Source: Theionarchaea archaeon (GTDB lineage: Archaea; Methanobacteriota_B; Thermococci; Methanofastidiosales; SZ-28-30). Taken from it: a stretch of DNA of 64,000 nucleotides. Positions within the stretch are counted from its first letter, which is position 1. Each line of letters opens with the position of its first letter. The stretch is taken from contig JACVGT010000003.1 in NCBI GenBank assembly GCA_018992685.1, forward strand, positions 96,001 to 160,000, read 5' to 3'. Below are positions 29,231 through 40,073 of this stretch, piece after piece. A program made the position numbers and the translations under genes. The notes under the pieces are model-generated. The model made no database searches and was not told the origin of the DNA. It saw nothing but the letters and a program-made list of their open reading frames with translations.

Positions 29231-30404
29231 ACACCTTCTTTTGGCAGTATTTCTGGGACAGAGCATTCAGGAGCGAGGTGTGAGCTCTGACAATGTGGTG
29301 GATACCGCTCCCGTATTGCAGTGCTTTCTTAGATTTTGAAACAAGTGGCTTCGGGATACCGGCCAAAGCTGCGATCTTTCTGAGGAATTCCTTTCTCCGG
29401 GGGACAAAGTGACGATACGTTGGCACGCCCAGTACTGCTTCTACAAGGTCAGTACCCAGGTAGGGGTACCGTATTATTTTTGAGAAATGTTCAGCAACCT
29501 CACAATCCCGTTCCAGTCCCAGATAGAGATTCTCAAGATCCTTTCTCATCACAGGGTGGACGTGAACTCCCTCCCTGAATGCTTTTTCATATTTGAAGTA
29601 TCCGCCAAAAAGCTCATCTGCTCCCTGGCCAGATATGAGAAGAGTTCCTTCATATTCCCGACAGAGGAAAAAAAGGAGCAGCCCAATTTCAACATTCAGC
29701 AGTGTCACCTCAGAGAGCAACGCACAGACCTGAGGAATGGCTTCCACGATATCATGCGGGGACACCACTATCTCTAGAAGTTCTTCTCCAAGAATGGAGG
29801 CTGCCTCTCGGGCATTTGCTATGTCCTGGGAAGTCTGTAGGCCACAGCTGATAAGAAAGCTGTCAGAAAGAAAAGCCAGCAAGGTACTGTCAATTCCTCC
29901 CGAAAACATGACGGCTGATCCCTTGTCGGTCTGTTGTTGAGTAGTCTTTCGCAGTATGTCCAGAACTTCTGCAGGATTGTCAGTGAACCTCTCTTCCAGC
30001 ATGTGGCGGTAGCAAATGGTTCCCGGCAATCGGACTAGCTCCCCGGGAAGAACTGGCCGGCCACCCTCAATGTTATGGGAGGCAAAATTCTGTCTGCGGT
30101 AATACAGTGGTTTAAGTCCCACAGGGTCTTTCAAGAGATAGGTTCTCCCTTCTTTCCTTACAGCACACGCATATCCGCCTTTGACGGTGTTGAATATGGT
30201 CCTTGCTGCCTGTATGGGATCTGGTTCCACCTCAAAAAAGGTATTCAGGTAGTGAGCAGGATCAGATATTCCGTAAAGGTCTGCATCGCACACCAGATTC
30301 TCACTGATTCCTTCGACCTGAGAACATGCCATGTCCCCCCGCTGCAGGGAAATTTCCATGGATGCTGCCAGTTCTTTCACTTTGTTTCCGCCGCATATTC
30401 TCAT
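29229..30404 (-). CDS. Asparagine synthase-related protein
   Basis: DPVGLKPLYY, FSGGIDS, SGQGADELFGGY, KKALQYGSG. Confidence 0.85.
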   Translation of the reverse strand: MRICGGNKVKELAASMEISLQRGDMACSQVEGISENLVCDADLYGISDPAHYLNTFFEVEPDPIQAARTIFNTVKGGYACAVRKEGRTYLLKDPVGLKPLYYRRQNFASHNIEGGRPVLPGELVRLPGTICYRHMLEERFTDNPAEVLDILRKTTQQQTDKGSAVMFSGGIDSTLLAFLSDSFLISCGLQTSQDIANAREAASILGEELLEIVVSPHDIVEAIPQVCALLSEVTLLNVEIGLLLFFLCREYEGTLLISGQGADELFGGYFKYEKAFREGVHVHPVMRKDLENLYLGLERDCEVAEHFSKIIRYPYLGTDLVEAVLGVPTYRHFVPRRKEFLRKIAALAGIPKPLVSKSKKALQYGSGIHHIVRAHTSLLNALSQKYCQKKV

Positions 30405-30455
30405 GAAATGGATTCCGGACGAAAGATTTTTAAGGTTTTGGCAAAAGGATGAATA

Positions 30456-31226
30456 ATGAATGAGGATTTATACCTTCGCATTTATCGCAGATTAAACAAA
30501 AAAGGGGACGTATTTGATCTTTCCAGCAACCTTGAAATCTCTAAGGAAGTATTATTCGCGATTCTATCTCAAAAGATCGTCAGGAAAACAAAACGAGACT
30601 ATCACGGATTGAAACGGCAGAGTTCCAGACTGCTTGAGCAATGGAAAAAAGGGAAGAGCCTCTTGAGATTATCAGAAGAAAGGCACTTTGCCCCCGTCCT
30701 GATTTCATCCTTTGTCCTGAGGGAATTTGGTATCACGAGAAAGGAATTCTATGAGTATCTCAGGAATCCAGAGAAAATAGGAGATCCTAGGATACGGAAG
30801 GAACTTCTGGAAGTTCTTGCGGAAGAGGTGGTATATTCCCCTGAAGCCATTGAGATTCAACACAAGAACGGAAAGTCTGCTGAGAAAAGAATCAGCCAGT
30901 GGCTGGACGAAAAGGGCGTTTCGTACATTACAGAGGGCGACGTCCGTGACCTGTACAAGAAAACCCCTGATTTCCTCCTGCAGGAATGCTTCACCGTTGA
31001 CGGGAATGCAGTGCACTGGGTGGAAAGCAAGGCCTCCTTTGGGGACAAGATCCAGATGAAAGGAGATTATCACAGACAGCTCAAATACTATGTAGATCTC
31101 TTTGGGAGGGGCCTGGTCATATACTGGCATGGATACTTGAATGATTCTGCATGCGTCCAGGACTTCAATTACGATTCTCAGATCCTGATCGCCAATTCTG
31201 GCATAATTGAGGGAGATAATGTTTGA
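30456..31226 (+). CDS. C15orf41/CDIN1-like (TPD-domain) PD-(D/E)XK nuclease
   Basis: KTPDFLL, WVESKASFG, QL..Y...FG.G.VIYW.G. Confidence 0.85.
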   Translation: MNEDLYLRIYRRLNKKGDVFDLSSNLEISKEVLFAILSQKIVRKTKRDYHGLKRQSSRLLEQWKKGKSLLRLSEERHFAPVLISSFVLREFGITRKEFYEYLRNPEKIGDPRIRKELLEVLAEEVVYSPEAIEIQHKNGKSAEKRISQWLDEKGVSYITEGDVRDLYKKTPDFLLQECFTVDGNAVHWVESKASFGDKIQMKGDYHRQLKYYVDLFGRGLVIYWHGYLNDSACVQDFNYDSQILIANSGIIEGDNV

Positions 31227-31770
31227 GCTGAAACGGAAGCTCATACATGGTCTTGGATTATGTGTGCCTGTGATATATTGGATGACCTCAAGGGAGTATA
31301 CGTTGCTGTTTCTGGGAATTGCTGCAACCGGAGCAGTGATCATTGAAGTGTTACGTGCAGTTTGGGAGGATTTTAATAGTTTGCTATTGAAATTATTTGG
31401 CAAGTTTGCCAGAGATCATGAAAGAACGCACATTACTGGAGCAACGTGCTTTTCAATGGCAGCTCTGCTTGTAGTGGCGTTGTTTTCAAAACCTGTGGCA
31501 GTTTCCAGTTTGTTGTTTCTGACTTTGGGGGATTCAATGGCTGCAGTCATTGGAACTCGATTTGGAGTACATCGGATTCAGGGGAAATCTCTGGAAGGAA
31601 GTGCAGCCTGTTTCGGTGTGTGTTCTGTAGTAGGATGGTGTGCTCTGGGATGGGTGGGTGTTGCAGGAGCTGCAGCAGCCACAGTGGTTGAATTGCTGCC
31701 CAGTCCTCTTGATGATAATGTGAGGATTCCCCTGGCATCTGGCAGTGTCATGCATTTACTTCTGATCTAG
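31219..31770 (+). CDS. CTP-dependent polyprenol/phytol (SEC59/VTE5-like) kinase
   Basis: RKLIH, GDSMAA.IG..FG, KSLEGS, DDN..IP. Confidence 0.88.
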   Translation: MFELKRKLIHGLGLCVPVIYWMTSREYTLLFLGIAATGAVIIEVLRAVWEDFNSLLLKLFGKFARDHERTHITGATCFSMAALLVVALFSKPVAVSSLLFLTLGDSMAAVIGTRFGVHRIQGKSLEGSAACFGVCSVVGWCALGWVGVAGAAAATVVELLPSPLDDNVRIPLASGSVMHLLLI

Positions 31771-31865
31771 TTTCTTCTGGGCAATGATATGACTTCGATT
31801 GTAAGAAAGCTGCCATCCCGATAGAAGCTTCGAAACCTTTAAATAGCTGTGTCTCTTCTCACACC

Positions 31866-32807
31866 ATGATGAAGCTCCCGATAGTAGTGTGTCTTTTGAT
31901 TGTAGCAGCAATAACTGCCTACAGGGATCCAAACATGACTGTCCCAGACCAGGTTGAAATTAAGAGTGGGGAAACGGGACGAATCGAGGTTACCCTGGAA
32001 CACAACCAGACCACCATGTGGAACGTTAACGTCTATGTAGATACTGCGCAAATTGATCCCACCTTTCTACAACGGTTGGAAATATCTGCTGATGAGGAGA
32101 ACCCCATTGATCTGGGCGAAGAAATATCGTTTGGAACTCCAGTCACGGCCACGATAGATATTACAGTGGAGGCCAACTCACCTGCGGGAGAGGTAAGGAT
32201 TCCCATTGTTGCTGCGGGTAAGAAGGGTCCATGTTTGAAAGGATGTGAGCCATTTCTCATGCAGAAGTCCACCACCCTGGTCATCAAGAGACAGGACCCG
32301 AAACTTGCACTGTTTCTGCCCGAGTCCAGTTTTGAAGTTCTTCAGGGAGAAAATGTCACCCTCACGGTGCAGTTGAGAAACTATGGTGCATCCACAGCAT
32401 TCGTAGAAGAGCTGGATGCTGTGCCTGACAGCCAGCTGACCTATAAAATGCAAGATCCACCTCGTCAGATAGAGCCAGGTACCACTCAATCTACCTTCAT
32501 GACGGTCTTTACAGAGAATGCGACACCAGGAGCATACTTGATTCAGGTGAAGCTGGTGTACAGAGATGAAATACAGAACAGGTTTACAGACAGTAAGACA
32601 GTATATATTACCGTGGTTCAGGAGAGAACCGAAGTGCCCACCATAACCCCAACTCCCAGTTCGTCTCCTACAACTCCTCCTGTGGAAGAACCTGGAATCT
32701 CCGCTCAATACCAGTACTTCCTGGCAGGGATGTTTACCGGAGGCAGTAGTTTTGGCATTGCAGTGATGCTGGGCTTATTCCTGAAAAAACGGCGTCCTCC
32801 AAAATAA
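31866..32807 (+). CDS. Surface protein with two Ig-like domains and C-terminal TM
   Basis: Signal peptide, beta-rich domains, P/T linker, TM plus KKRR. Confidence 0.75.
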   Translation: MMKLPIVVCLLIVAAITAYRDPNMTVPDQVEIKSGETGRIEVTLEHNQTTMWNVNVYVDTAQIDPTFLQRLEISADEENPIDLGEEISFGTPVTATIDITVEANSPAGEVRIPIVAAGKKGPCLKGCEPFLMQKSTTLVIKRQDPKLALFLPESSFEVLQGENVTLTVQLRNYGASTAFVEELDAVPDSQLTYKMQDPPRQIEPGTTQSTFMTVFTENATPGAYLIQVKLVYRDEIQNRFTDSKTVYITVVQERTEVPTITPTPSSSPTTPPVEEPGISAQYQYFLAGMFTGGSSFGIAVMLGLFLKKRRPPK

Positions 32808-32891
32808 ATAGGAGGTTGCCGCCGATTTCTGGGCTGAATTGGGACTGCCTGTCACCACAAAGGTTTATATGTTACAACTCCTCTCAATATC

Positions 32892-34187
32892 ATGAGCGGG
32901 ATTGATTGGTACAATGAATTCGTGGACATGCATTACACACCAGCACAAGATGATCTTGTTGTTCTCTATTACTTTGAATCACCTGAAGGAATGACTAAAG
33001 AGGAGTCTGCGGGGAGGATAGCGTCTGAGAGCTCAACAGGAACCTGGACAACACTAACAAACCTCCCTCCTAGAATGGAATCCCTCAAAGCCACGGCATT
33101 CGACATTGAAGAACGGTATGTGAAAGTGGCATATCCCAGGGATTTGTGGGAAGATGGGAACTTCTGCCAGCTTAAGAGTGGAATAGCAGGTAATATATTT
33201 GGCATGAAAGGAGTTAAGAATCTACGGCTGCTGGATTGTCGATTTCCCGAGAACTACATCAAGTATTTCAAGGGCCCGATTCTGGGGATGGACGGACTGA
33301 GAAAGAGATGGAACATACCCAAGAGGCCCTTGACTGGGGCCGTCCCCAAGCCGAAGATTGGGTTCAGTGCTCAGGAACATGCAGAGATTGGGTACGAGAC
33401 CTGGATGGGCGGCTTTGATTTTGTGAAAGATGACGAGAATCTGACATCCGTGAAGTTCAACAGGTTCGAAGAAAGGGTAAGGATTCTGGCCAAGTACAGA
33501 GATAAGGCAGAAAACGAAACTGGAGATCGAAAAGGAGCATTCATTAATATTACAGCCGAAACAGAGGAAATGAAACGGAGAGCTAGCCTTATTCATCAAT
33601 ATGGATTTGATTACGTCATGATAGATGCGGTGATTGTGGGCACCGCGTCCCTAATGACCATGCGAGACTATCTCGGAGACCTCGGGATTGCCATCCATGC
33701 ACATCGGGCCATGCACGCAGCTTTTGACAGAAATCCAAAGCATGGAATCACCATGCAGTTTATTGCCAAAGAGATGCGGCTAATTGGAGTGAACCAGCTG
33801 CACTCGGGGACAGCTGTGGGAAAGCTGGTGGGAAATAGGGAGGAGGTCACCTCTGTTGCAGACGTCCTCAGAGAGAAACAGACCCCTGAAAAAGAACATG
33901 TGCTTCTGGGGCAGGACTGGGGTTCAATCAAAAGTGCGTTCCCTGTGTCCTCAGGGGGTCTGCATCCAGGGCTGGTGCCTGATGTGGTTGACATTTACGG
34001 GCCAGATATGATTTTGCTCATCAGTGGAGGGATACATGGCCATCCCAAGGGTACGCGCGCAGGTGCAAGGGCGTCAATGCAGGCTATTGAAGCAGTTATG
34101 GACGGAGAAACGCTGGAGGAGAAGGCCAGAACCTCCCCGGAGCTCAGGTCTGCGTTGGATAAATGGGATCGTCACACGCCCAAATAG
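32892..34187 (+). CDS. rbcL: Form III RuBisCO
   Basis: ESSTGTW, KPKIG, GGFDFVKDDENL, HAHRAMH, SGGLH, GGGIHGHP-like motif. Confidence 0.95.
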   Translation: MSGIDWYNEFVDMHYTPAQDDLVVLYYFESPEGMTKEESAGRIASESSTGTWTTLTNLPPRMESLKATAFDIEERYVKVAYPRDLWEDGNFCQLKSGIAGNIFGMKGVKNLRLLDCRFPENYIKYFKGPILGMDGLRKRWNIPKRPLTGAVPKPKIGFSAQEHAEIGYETWMGGFDFVKDDENLTSVKFNRFEERVRILAKYRDKAENETGDRKGAFINITAETEEMKRRASLIHQYGFDYVMIDAVIVGTASLMTMRDYLGDLGIAIHAHRAMHAAFDRNPKHGITMQFIAKEMRLIGVNQLHSGTAVGKLVGNREEVTSVADVLREKQTPEKEHVLLGQDWGSIKSAFPVSSGGLHPGLVPDVVDIYGPDMILLISGGIHGHPKGTRAGARASMQAIEAVMDGETLEEKARTSPELRSALDKWDRHTPK

Positions 34188-34300
34188 CAGCAGGCGTGTC
34201 CAGTAATCAAGGAAGAAGGAAAAGGGCACAGTCCTCCAGTCACGCCTGGCTAGTACAGATTCCACAAAGGCGATTCACAGAGTCCACAAAGCCAGCAGTA

Positions 34301-35302
34301 CTAAAGTGGGATATACTCGATCAATGGTTGGTTATAGGTGGGATACCTCTTCTCGATGCCGATGTGTTTGGTGCAGGTCAGGGGTTTGACCCATGGGACA
34401 GCTTCCTCGATGAGGGCCCAGTGAGTTTCCACTCGCTCTCCCAGAACCTCGACAAAGGTTGTGGGGATATCCACTCTTTCCAGCAGCAGTGTCCTTACTT
34501 GCAGGGCTGCTTCATGGCTGCAACACACAATGACTCCTTTCACCAGCAGTCCGTCTTCAATATCTTCGTATGGTTTACGTATCATTGTTGCTCGACGAAT
34601 GAACCTGTTTCTTAGCTGGGTACTGTCCTTATCGCGAGCGGAACAGTAGTGGACAATCTCATCCTCCACCACCTGGGCAACAGCTTTTCTGCTTTCTTCC
34701 ACAACGCACGAGTCACTGCTGAGTGTGAGCTTCCGTTTTTTCATCTCTTCAACGGTCCGATCTGCATATTCTAGCTCGTTGATGTTGACAAAATGGACAC
34801 CTATTCCCTTGAGGCGCTGTATGAGCCACCGGGTCTCCTTAACTCTCGAAGGAATCATGGGAATTTCCACCCCCACTTCAAACTGGTATCTCAGTGCCTG
34901 ACGGACAACGGAAATGTCAGAAAAATCAGTAAGGTGGAATCGCACCTCATCAATAAGCCCTTCCATCTCCTTGAGTGTGTCATCTCTCACGTGAGATGCC
35001 GTGTAGAGATGAATGTGGTGGTCAGGCCATTCGTTCTTCAGTAATGCTGCATAATGCAGTGTTCTCTCCAACCGTACCACAGGATCGCCCCCAGTGATCC
35101 CTGTTCCCAATGCATTCATAGCCTTGGCCTCTTCCAGCACATCGTCATCACACCCAACAGGTCGTTCATTTGCGTACACGACATCCTTTTGCCACCTCTC
35201 CTCTGAGAGGGGACAGTACCAGCAGGACAACCTGCACACACCGGTGACAAACAACACCATTTTTGCCCCTTTCAGGCACAGGCTACAGCCCGTGGACACC
35301 AT
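34301..35302 (-). CDS. Archaeal radical SAM protein (COG2108-like)
   Basis: GCSLC..G.K.VLFVTG, CRLSCWYC, GITGGDP, DEVRFH. Confidence 0.88.
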   Translation of the reverse strand: MVSTGCSLCLKGAKMVLFVTGVCRLSCWYCPLSEERWQKDVVYANERPVGCDDDVLEEAKAMNALGTGITGGDPVVRLERTLHYAALLKNEWPDHHIHLYTASHVRDDTLKEMEGLIDEVRFHLTDFSDISVVRQALRYQFEVGVEIPMIPSRVKETRWLIQRLKGIGVHFVNINELEYADRTVEEMKKRKLTLSSDSCVVEESRKAVAQVVEDEIVHYCSARDKDSTQLRNRFIRRATMIRKPYEDIEDGLLVKGVIVCCSHEAALQVRTLLLERVDIPTTFVEVLGERVETHWALIEEAVPWVKPLTCTKHIGIEKRYPTYNQPLIEYIPL

Positions 35303-35303
35303 G

Positions 35304-36317
35304 TTATCCCTCTTGAGACTTCAGGGGCTCCGCCTTATCCTCAAGTTCCTTGATTACTAGGTTCAATTCTTGAGCTTTCCTGAGTTTCTCTGCAATGTAC
35401 ATCTCAAACCAGTCAGCAACCTGTAATTTCAGCTGCAACCGATTTACCTCTGTTAAAGATCCTAACTCACGGATGCCCAATTCTGCCAAGAGGCTTGCAT
35501 TCTCTGTGTTCCCCATCTCCAATTGACGGGCAGCTTCAGACAGACTGTCAAGAGCTTTTTCCAGATGCTCCATGTTGGTCAGAGAATCATCTATGTACGG
35601 AATGTCAATGACTCTTGCAGCCGCAGTATAGGCCTTCTCAGCATCTGTAAGATTCTCAATGGCAGACTCATAGGCTGTAAAGGCAAACTGGTAGTCTTTC
35701 ATCTCCAGATGGTCATTCCCTCTGTTCATGTCAGTCATGACAGTCAGAAGGAGTTGTTCTCCCTCCAGATAGCAGGCAGCAAACTCATAGTACATGACGT
35801 ATGACTCGCTCACCGTCTGCAGGACATCACAGCACTCTTTTCGAGTGCTCACGATCTTGAGCTGCAGCTCAACATACTCATGATACTGCCCTGGAAGTCT
35901 CAGTTCTTCACAGGAAGCAAGAAAAGTGTCTGCCCTTTCAAAGGAGGACGAAGCATCTTCAAGAAGAGGAAGAAGACATTGAACGTCTCCCTTCATCTTT
36001 TCTACATACTCCAGTTCAGATCTGGTATGATTTTCTGATTCAAACTGAACTTCTTCTGCTCCAAAGAGTTCCCCCTCCACTGTCTGAAGAATCTCATCAC
36101 CTCTCTGCATTTCTTTGAGAGCAGCCCTCACGAGGTTGTCTGCATCCTCTGTCTCATAGTTCATGAAATAGACAGCGGAAATTCCCAGCACGATCATCAC
36201 TGCGAATGCTGCGATCTTGTCCACAGGAAGTCTTTTCTTCGGTCTGAAATCCAGTCCACAGTGCTCACATCCTGGGCTATCTGCTGGGACATATCGGCCG
36301 CAGTTCGGGCAGAACAT
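35304..36317 (-). CDS. Zinc-ribbon + TM + helical extracellular protein
   Basis: CPNCG...CEHCG, TM segment, coiled helices. Confidence 0.75.
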   Translation of the reverse strand: MFCPNCGRYVPADSPGCEHCGLDFRPKKRLPVDKIAAFAVMIVLGISAVYFMNYETEDADNLVRAALKEMQRGDEILQTVEGELFGAEEVQFESENHTRSELEYVEKMKGDVQCLLPLLEDASSSFERADTFLASCEELRLPGQYHEYVELQLKIVSTRKECCDVLQTVSESYVMYYEFAACYLEGEQLLLTVMTDMNRGNDHLEMKDYQFAFTAYESAIENLTDAEKAYTAAARVIDIPYIDDSLTNMEHLEKALDSLSEAARQLEMGNTENASLLAELGIRELGSLTEVNRLQLKLQVADWFEMYIAEKLRKAQELNLVIKELEDKAEPLKSQEG

Positions 36318-36682
36318 ATTCTGTAACACCAGAGCATTGATATAAAGGTTGTCACATCATCATGTAGCGAGAACAATGCTTACACGTTCATAGCACTCTT
36401 ATCCTCTCAACCAGATCCACGTAGTCTCATCTTTCTTTTGCACGATTCTTCCTATTTTGAAAGATCATGAAGCACTAAAGGGAAAGCAATATCTCAATCT
36501 TGGGATGTATGATTATGTTATCTGGAAATTCCAACAGGCATACTTTCAAGTTTTGATGTGATGATATGTGACTCTGTGAGAATGTGTGACAAAAAGATAT
36601 TTAAGGATATGAAACGTGGTGCTATATATCCGAGCATCCGTATAATTGCAGTTCTTGGGCATGAATTTCGGTCTGAGAGGCC

Positions 36683-37951
36683 TCAGACCTCCTCTTCTCC
36701 GGAATGGCGAGGGACACGTTTAGCCTTCACCTTCATGATACGTACTTTATCAGTCTGGAATACAGCAAAATCCACTCCGTTATAGGTGATTTTTTCGCCT
36801 TCTTCTGGGATATGGCCAAACTGATCCAGCATGAACCCCCCGATTGTTTCAAACCCATTTTCAGGGATGTTCACATTGAGCAGTTCATTGACCTCATCAA
36901 TAGGAACCATGCCATTGATGAGAACAGTGTGATCATCCAGCACTCGTATGGGAATTCGAGTCACATCGTATTCATCAAAGATTTCCCCCACGATTTCTTC
37001 CAACAGATCTTCAATAGTCACGATGCCAGCAGTTCCGCCATACTCATCCACTACGATTGCCAGGTGCACCTTGCTTTTCTGCATTTTCTCTAGCAGCTCA
37101 TCAACTTTCTTGGTTTCAGGAATGAAATACGGGTCCCGCAAAAGATCTCTCAAAACAGTTTTTCCCTTTGTGCGCAGCAGGTCCTTGGCATACAGAATAC
37201 CGACGATGTGGTCCACATTGTCTTCATACACGGGAATTCGAGAAAATCCACTTTTGACAATGAGGTTCTTTGCGTCTTCCAGCGAGGTTTCCACATCCAG
37301 ACATACCATGTCTGTACGGGGGGTCATCACTTCCCTGGCTACAGTGTCTGAGAATTCAAAGACATTATAGATACGCTCCCGTTCCTCCTCTTCTAGACTG
37401 CCTTCTTCTTCTGCAATGGTGAGAAACGTTTTAAATTCTTCTTCAGTCAAGAAAACGCTCTTATCCAGCTCTCCACCTAGGAGACGGGAGACTCCTCTGG
37501 AGATGGCATTCAGGGCTGTGGCCACAGGTGAGAGTACCTTGGTTATAATGTACAGCGGTCTTGAAAAAGTCAGAACCAGGTGCTCCGCATTTTTCACGGC
37601 AAAGCCTTTGGGAGTGATCTCTCCCACCACCAGAATGAGAAATGTCATGATGCCAATGGCAGCACCCACGCCCTGATTCCCAAAAACGGTGATTGCCATT
37701 GATGTGGCAACAGATGAGGCCGCAACATTCACAATGTTGTTTCCAATGACAACCGCAGCTACCACCTTGTCTGGCTCTTCCATCATGCGACGGATTGTCT
37801 CTGCTTTGGAATTCCCTTCCTCAGCCAGGTGTCGTATTCGGATTTTTCGAGAGGAAAGAAAAGCAGTTTCGGAACTGGAGAAAAAAGCAGAGAGTAAGAG
37901 GAGAACAGCAAGACTCATCAATTCGAGCCACAAATATGATATTTCGAACAT
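36683..37951 (-). CDS. CNNM/CBS/CorC (TlyC hemolysin-like) Mg/Co transporter
   Basis: [37 protein letters not shown]. Confidence 0.93.
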   Translation of the reverse strand: MFEISYLWLELMSLAVLLLLSAFFSSSETAFLSSRKIRIRHLAEEGNSKAETIRRMMEEPDKVVAAVVIGNNIVNVAASSVATSMAITVFGNQGVGAAIGIMTFLILVVGEITPKGFAVKNAEHLVLTFSRPLYIITKVLSPVATALNAISRGVSRLLGGELDKSVFLTEEEFKTFLTIAEEEGSLEEEERERIYNVFEFSDTVAREVMTPRTDMVCLDVETSLEDAKNLIVKSGFSRIPVYEDNVDHIVGILYAKDLLRTKGKTVLRDLLRDPYFIPETKKVDELLEKMQKSKVHLAIVVDEYGGTAGIVTIEDLLEEIVGEIFDEYDVTRIPIRVLDDHTVLINGMVPIDEVNELLNVNIPENGFETIGGFMLDQFGHIPEEGEKITYNGVDFAVFQTDKVRIMKVKAKRVPRHSGEEEV

Positions 37952-38015
37952 GGTATATCCTGTCCTTTTGTTCTGCCCTTTATTCTACATGAAGGCTTAA
38001 AAACCTTTTCCCAAG

Positions 38016-38891
38016 TTACGTAAAGATGTCGCATCCTTCTTCTGTTACGATTACTGAGTGTTCTGCCTGGGTGACAGGGGCTCCCGTTTTTTCCTTGAGT
38101 ACATGATAGGGGAATAGGATCCCATTCCTGATGAGCAACCTCAGCAAGAATTCTCCTTTCTTGTCCTTTACAACCCACCGTTCTGCAAAGGGAAGTTGAG
38201 GATAGGTATTTTGGATGTGGTGCATCAGTTTTCTGGCAGGCTCCAGTCGCAATGGACGAGGAGCAACAAAACTGAAAATATAGACCTTGTCGTCGTCCAC
38301 CACCCTGCCTGCACCCGTGGTGGCAAAGGGTTCCACCGCGACCACATCTCCTTCCCGCAACTTGACTGTGGATCCATCGTCAAAGTTGGGAATGGAAGGT
38401 GACGCATGGATGGAGTACTGTGACAGACCATGCCCGGTGAGGTTTTCGATGGGACGGAACCCATGAGCAGTAATTGCCTTCTCAATGACTTTTCCGACTT
38501 CACCGGTTGTGATGCCTGCCCGGATGACAGAAAGGGCAGCATCCAATCCCTCCTGGCTTGCTTGTATGAGCTCGTCTTCAGGTTCTCCCACTTTCACTGT
38601 GTAGGCAGTATCTGCTATGTACCCCTCGACATGGCAGCCAATATCAAGAGTGAGGTAATCACCTTTTTCCAGTACGGTTTCATCCTGGGAGGGAGGAGTA
38701 TAGTGAGCTGCAACTTCATTGAGAGAAATATTCACTGGAAAAGCAGTCTCTGCTCCGTACTCTGTGATCTTCCCTTCAATGAAGGTGGCAACATCCAGAA
38801 GCTTCACGCCTTCCTTAATCTTCGCCCTGGATTCCTCTACAACTTTCTTAACAACCTCGCCTGCTTGACGATGCTTTTCCAAATAGTCCAT
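38016..38891 (-). CDS. map: Methionine aminopeptidase type II
   Basis: AFPVN, AAHYTP, DIGCHVEGYIAD, NLTGH, EPF, EH. Confidence 0.95.
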   Translation of the reverse strand: MDYLEKHRQAGEVVKKVVEESRAKIKEGVKLLDVATFIEGKITEYGAETAFPVNISLNEVAAHYTPPSQDETVLEKGDYLTLDIGCHVEGYIADTAYTVKVGEPEDELIQASQEGLDAALSVIRAGITTGEVGKVIEKAITAHGFRPIENLTGHGLSQYSIHASPSIPNFDDGSTVKLREGDVVAVEPFATTGAGRVVDDDKVYIFSFVAPRPLRLEPARKLMHHIQNTYPQLPFAERWVVKDKKGEFLLRLLIRNGILFPYHVLKEKTGAPVTQAEHSVIVTEEGCDIFT

Positions 38892-39206
38892 AAATACACC
38901 AGTATGTCCATTTTTAGTCTGTGTTATAAACTTTTGCCCGAATGATGTGGTGACAACCGATTGACTGTGAAGAGATGTGTCTCACGTTCTCCAGCCATTC
39001 TACCCGGGCCATCAACGGTTCCCTGTAGCAATGCGTTCACAGCCTATGATCCACACCGTGTGAATATCACAGATCACACAATCTGGAGACGCTCTTCTGT
39101 TCTGACCAGAATGTGGAAAACCCGTTACAATGTTGTAAATCTCAGCCACCATACCCATGCGAGTAGAACATTTTTAAGGAGTTGACCAAAGTAAAGTTGT
39201 GATACA

Positions 39207-40073
39207 ATGATTAGTGAGGAAACAATTCAAACCACGGTGGTGGAGTTGCTGAGAAGAGCAGTGACCAAGCTCCCTCCTGATATTGAAGCTGCTCTCAACA
39301 CAGCGTACAAAAAAGAAACCTCTGAAGCAGCAAAGATGCAATTCAAGGCAATCCTGGACAATATCAAGCTGGCAGGAGAGACAACCACCCCCATGTGTCA
39401 GGACACGGGTATACATATCTTTTATGTCAACAAAGGGAACCCTGCTACTGGTAATATTGAGAAAGCCATCAGGGCAGGAGTAAAAGAGGCAACGGAGAAA
39501 ATTCCTCTGCGTCCCAATGCAGTTCATCCTCTGACCAGAAAGAATCCTGGGACTAACCTGGGAGAGAAAATGCCATACATCAACTACACTGTCTCAGATA
39601 ATGACTTCCTGGAGATCCATGTGATGCCCAAAGGGGCAGGAAGTGAAAATATGTCCAAGATGGCAATGCTTAACCCCTCACAGGGAATCAAGGGAATCAA
39701 GCAGTTTGCCCTGGACACCCTGCTCAATGCAGGATCAAAACCGTGTCCCCCTGTGGTACTCGGTATGGGTATTGGGGGCAGTGCAGACATTTCGTTGAAA
39801 CTGGCCAAGCAGGCACTGCTGCGTCCTGTGACCAGTCATCATTCAGAGCCAGATATTTCAGCCTTAGAAGACGAATTGCTGGAAGCCTTGAATGAAACAG
39901 GCATCGGCCCCATGGGGTTAGGAGGTAATACAACCGTCCTGGGACTGAACATTGAGTACGCCTCCTGTCATACTGCTTCTCACCCTGTGGCCATAAATGT
40001 ACAGTGCTGGGCCGCTCGGAGGGCTTCAGCCAGAATCTATGAAGATAAAGTTGACTACGGGTGGTTCACATGA
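39207..40073 (+). CDS. Fumarate hydratase/tartrate dehydratase alpha subunit
   Basis: CQDTG, KGAGSEN, CPP, GIGPMGLGG, CHTAS, QCWAAR. Confidence 0.93.
   Translation: MISEETIQTTVVELLRRAVTKLPPDIEAALNTAYKKETSEAAKMQFKAILDNIKLAGETTTPMCQDTGIHIFYVNKGNPATGNIEKAIRAGVKEATEKIPLRPNAVHPLTRKNPGTNLGEKMPYINYTVSDNDFLEIHVMPKGAGSENMSKMAMLNPSQGIKGIKQFALDTLLNAGSKPCPPVVLGMGIGGSADISLKLAKQALLRPVTSHHSEPDISALEDELLEALNETGIGPMGLGGNTTVLGLNIEYASCHTASHPVAINVQCWAARRASARIYEDKVDYGWFT

Noticed and set aside
30705-31403. 232-aa minus-strand ORF and the many other nested or antisense ORFs in the track
   Set aside because: Shadows of well-supported genes with no recognisable motifs
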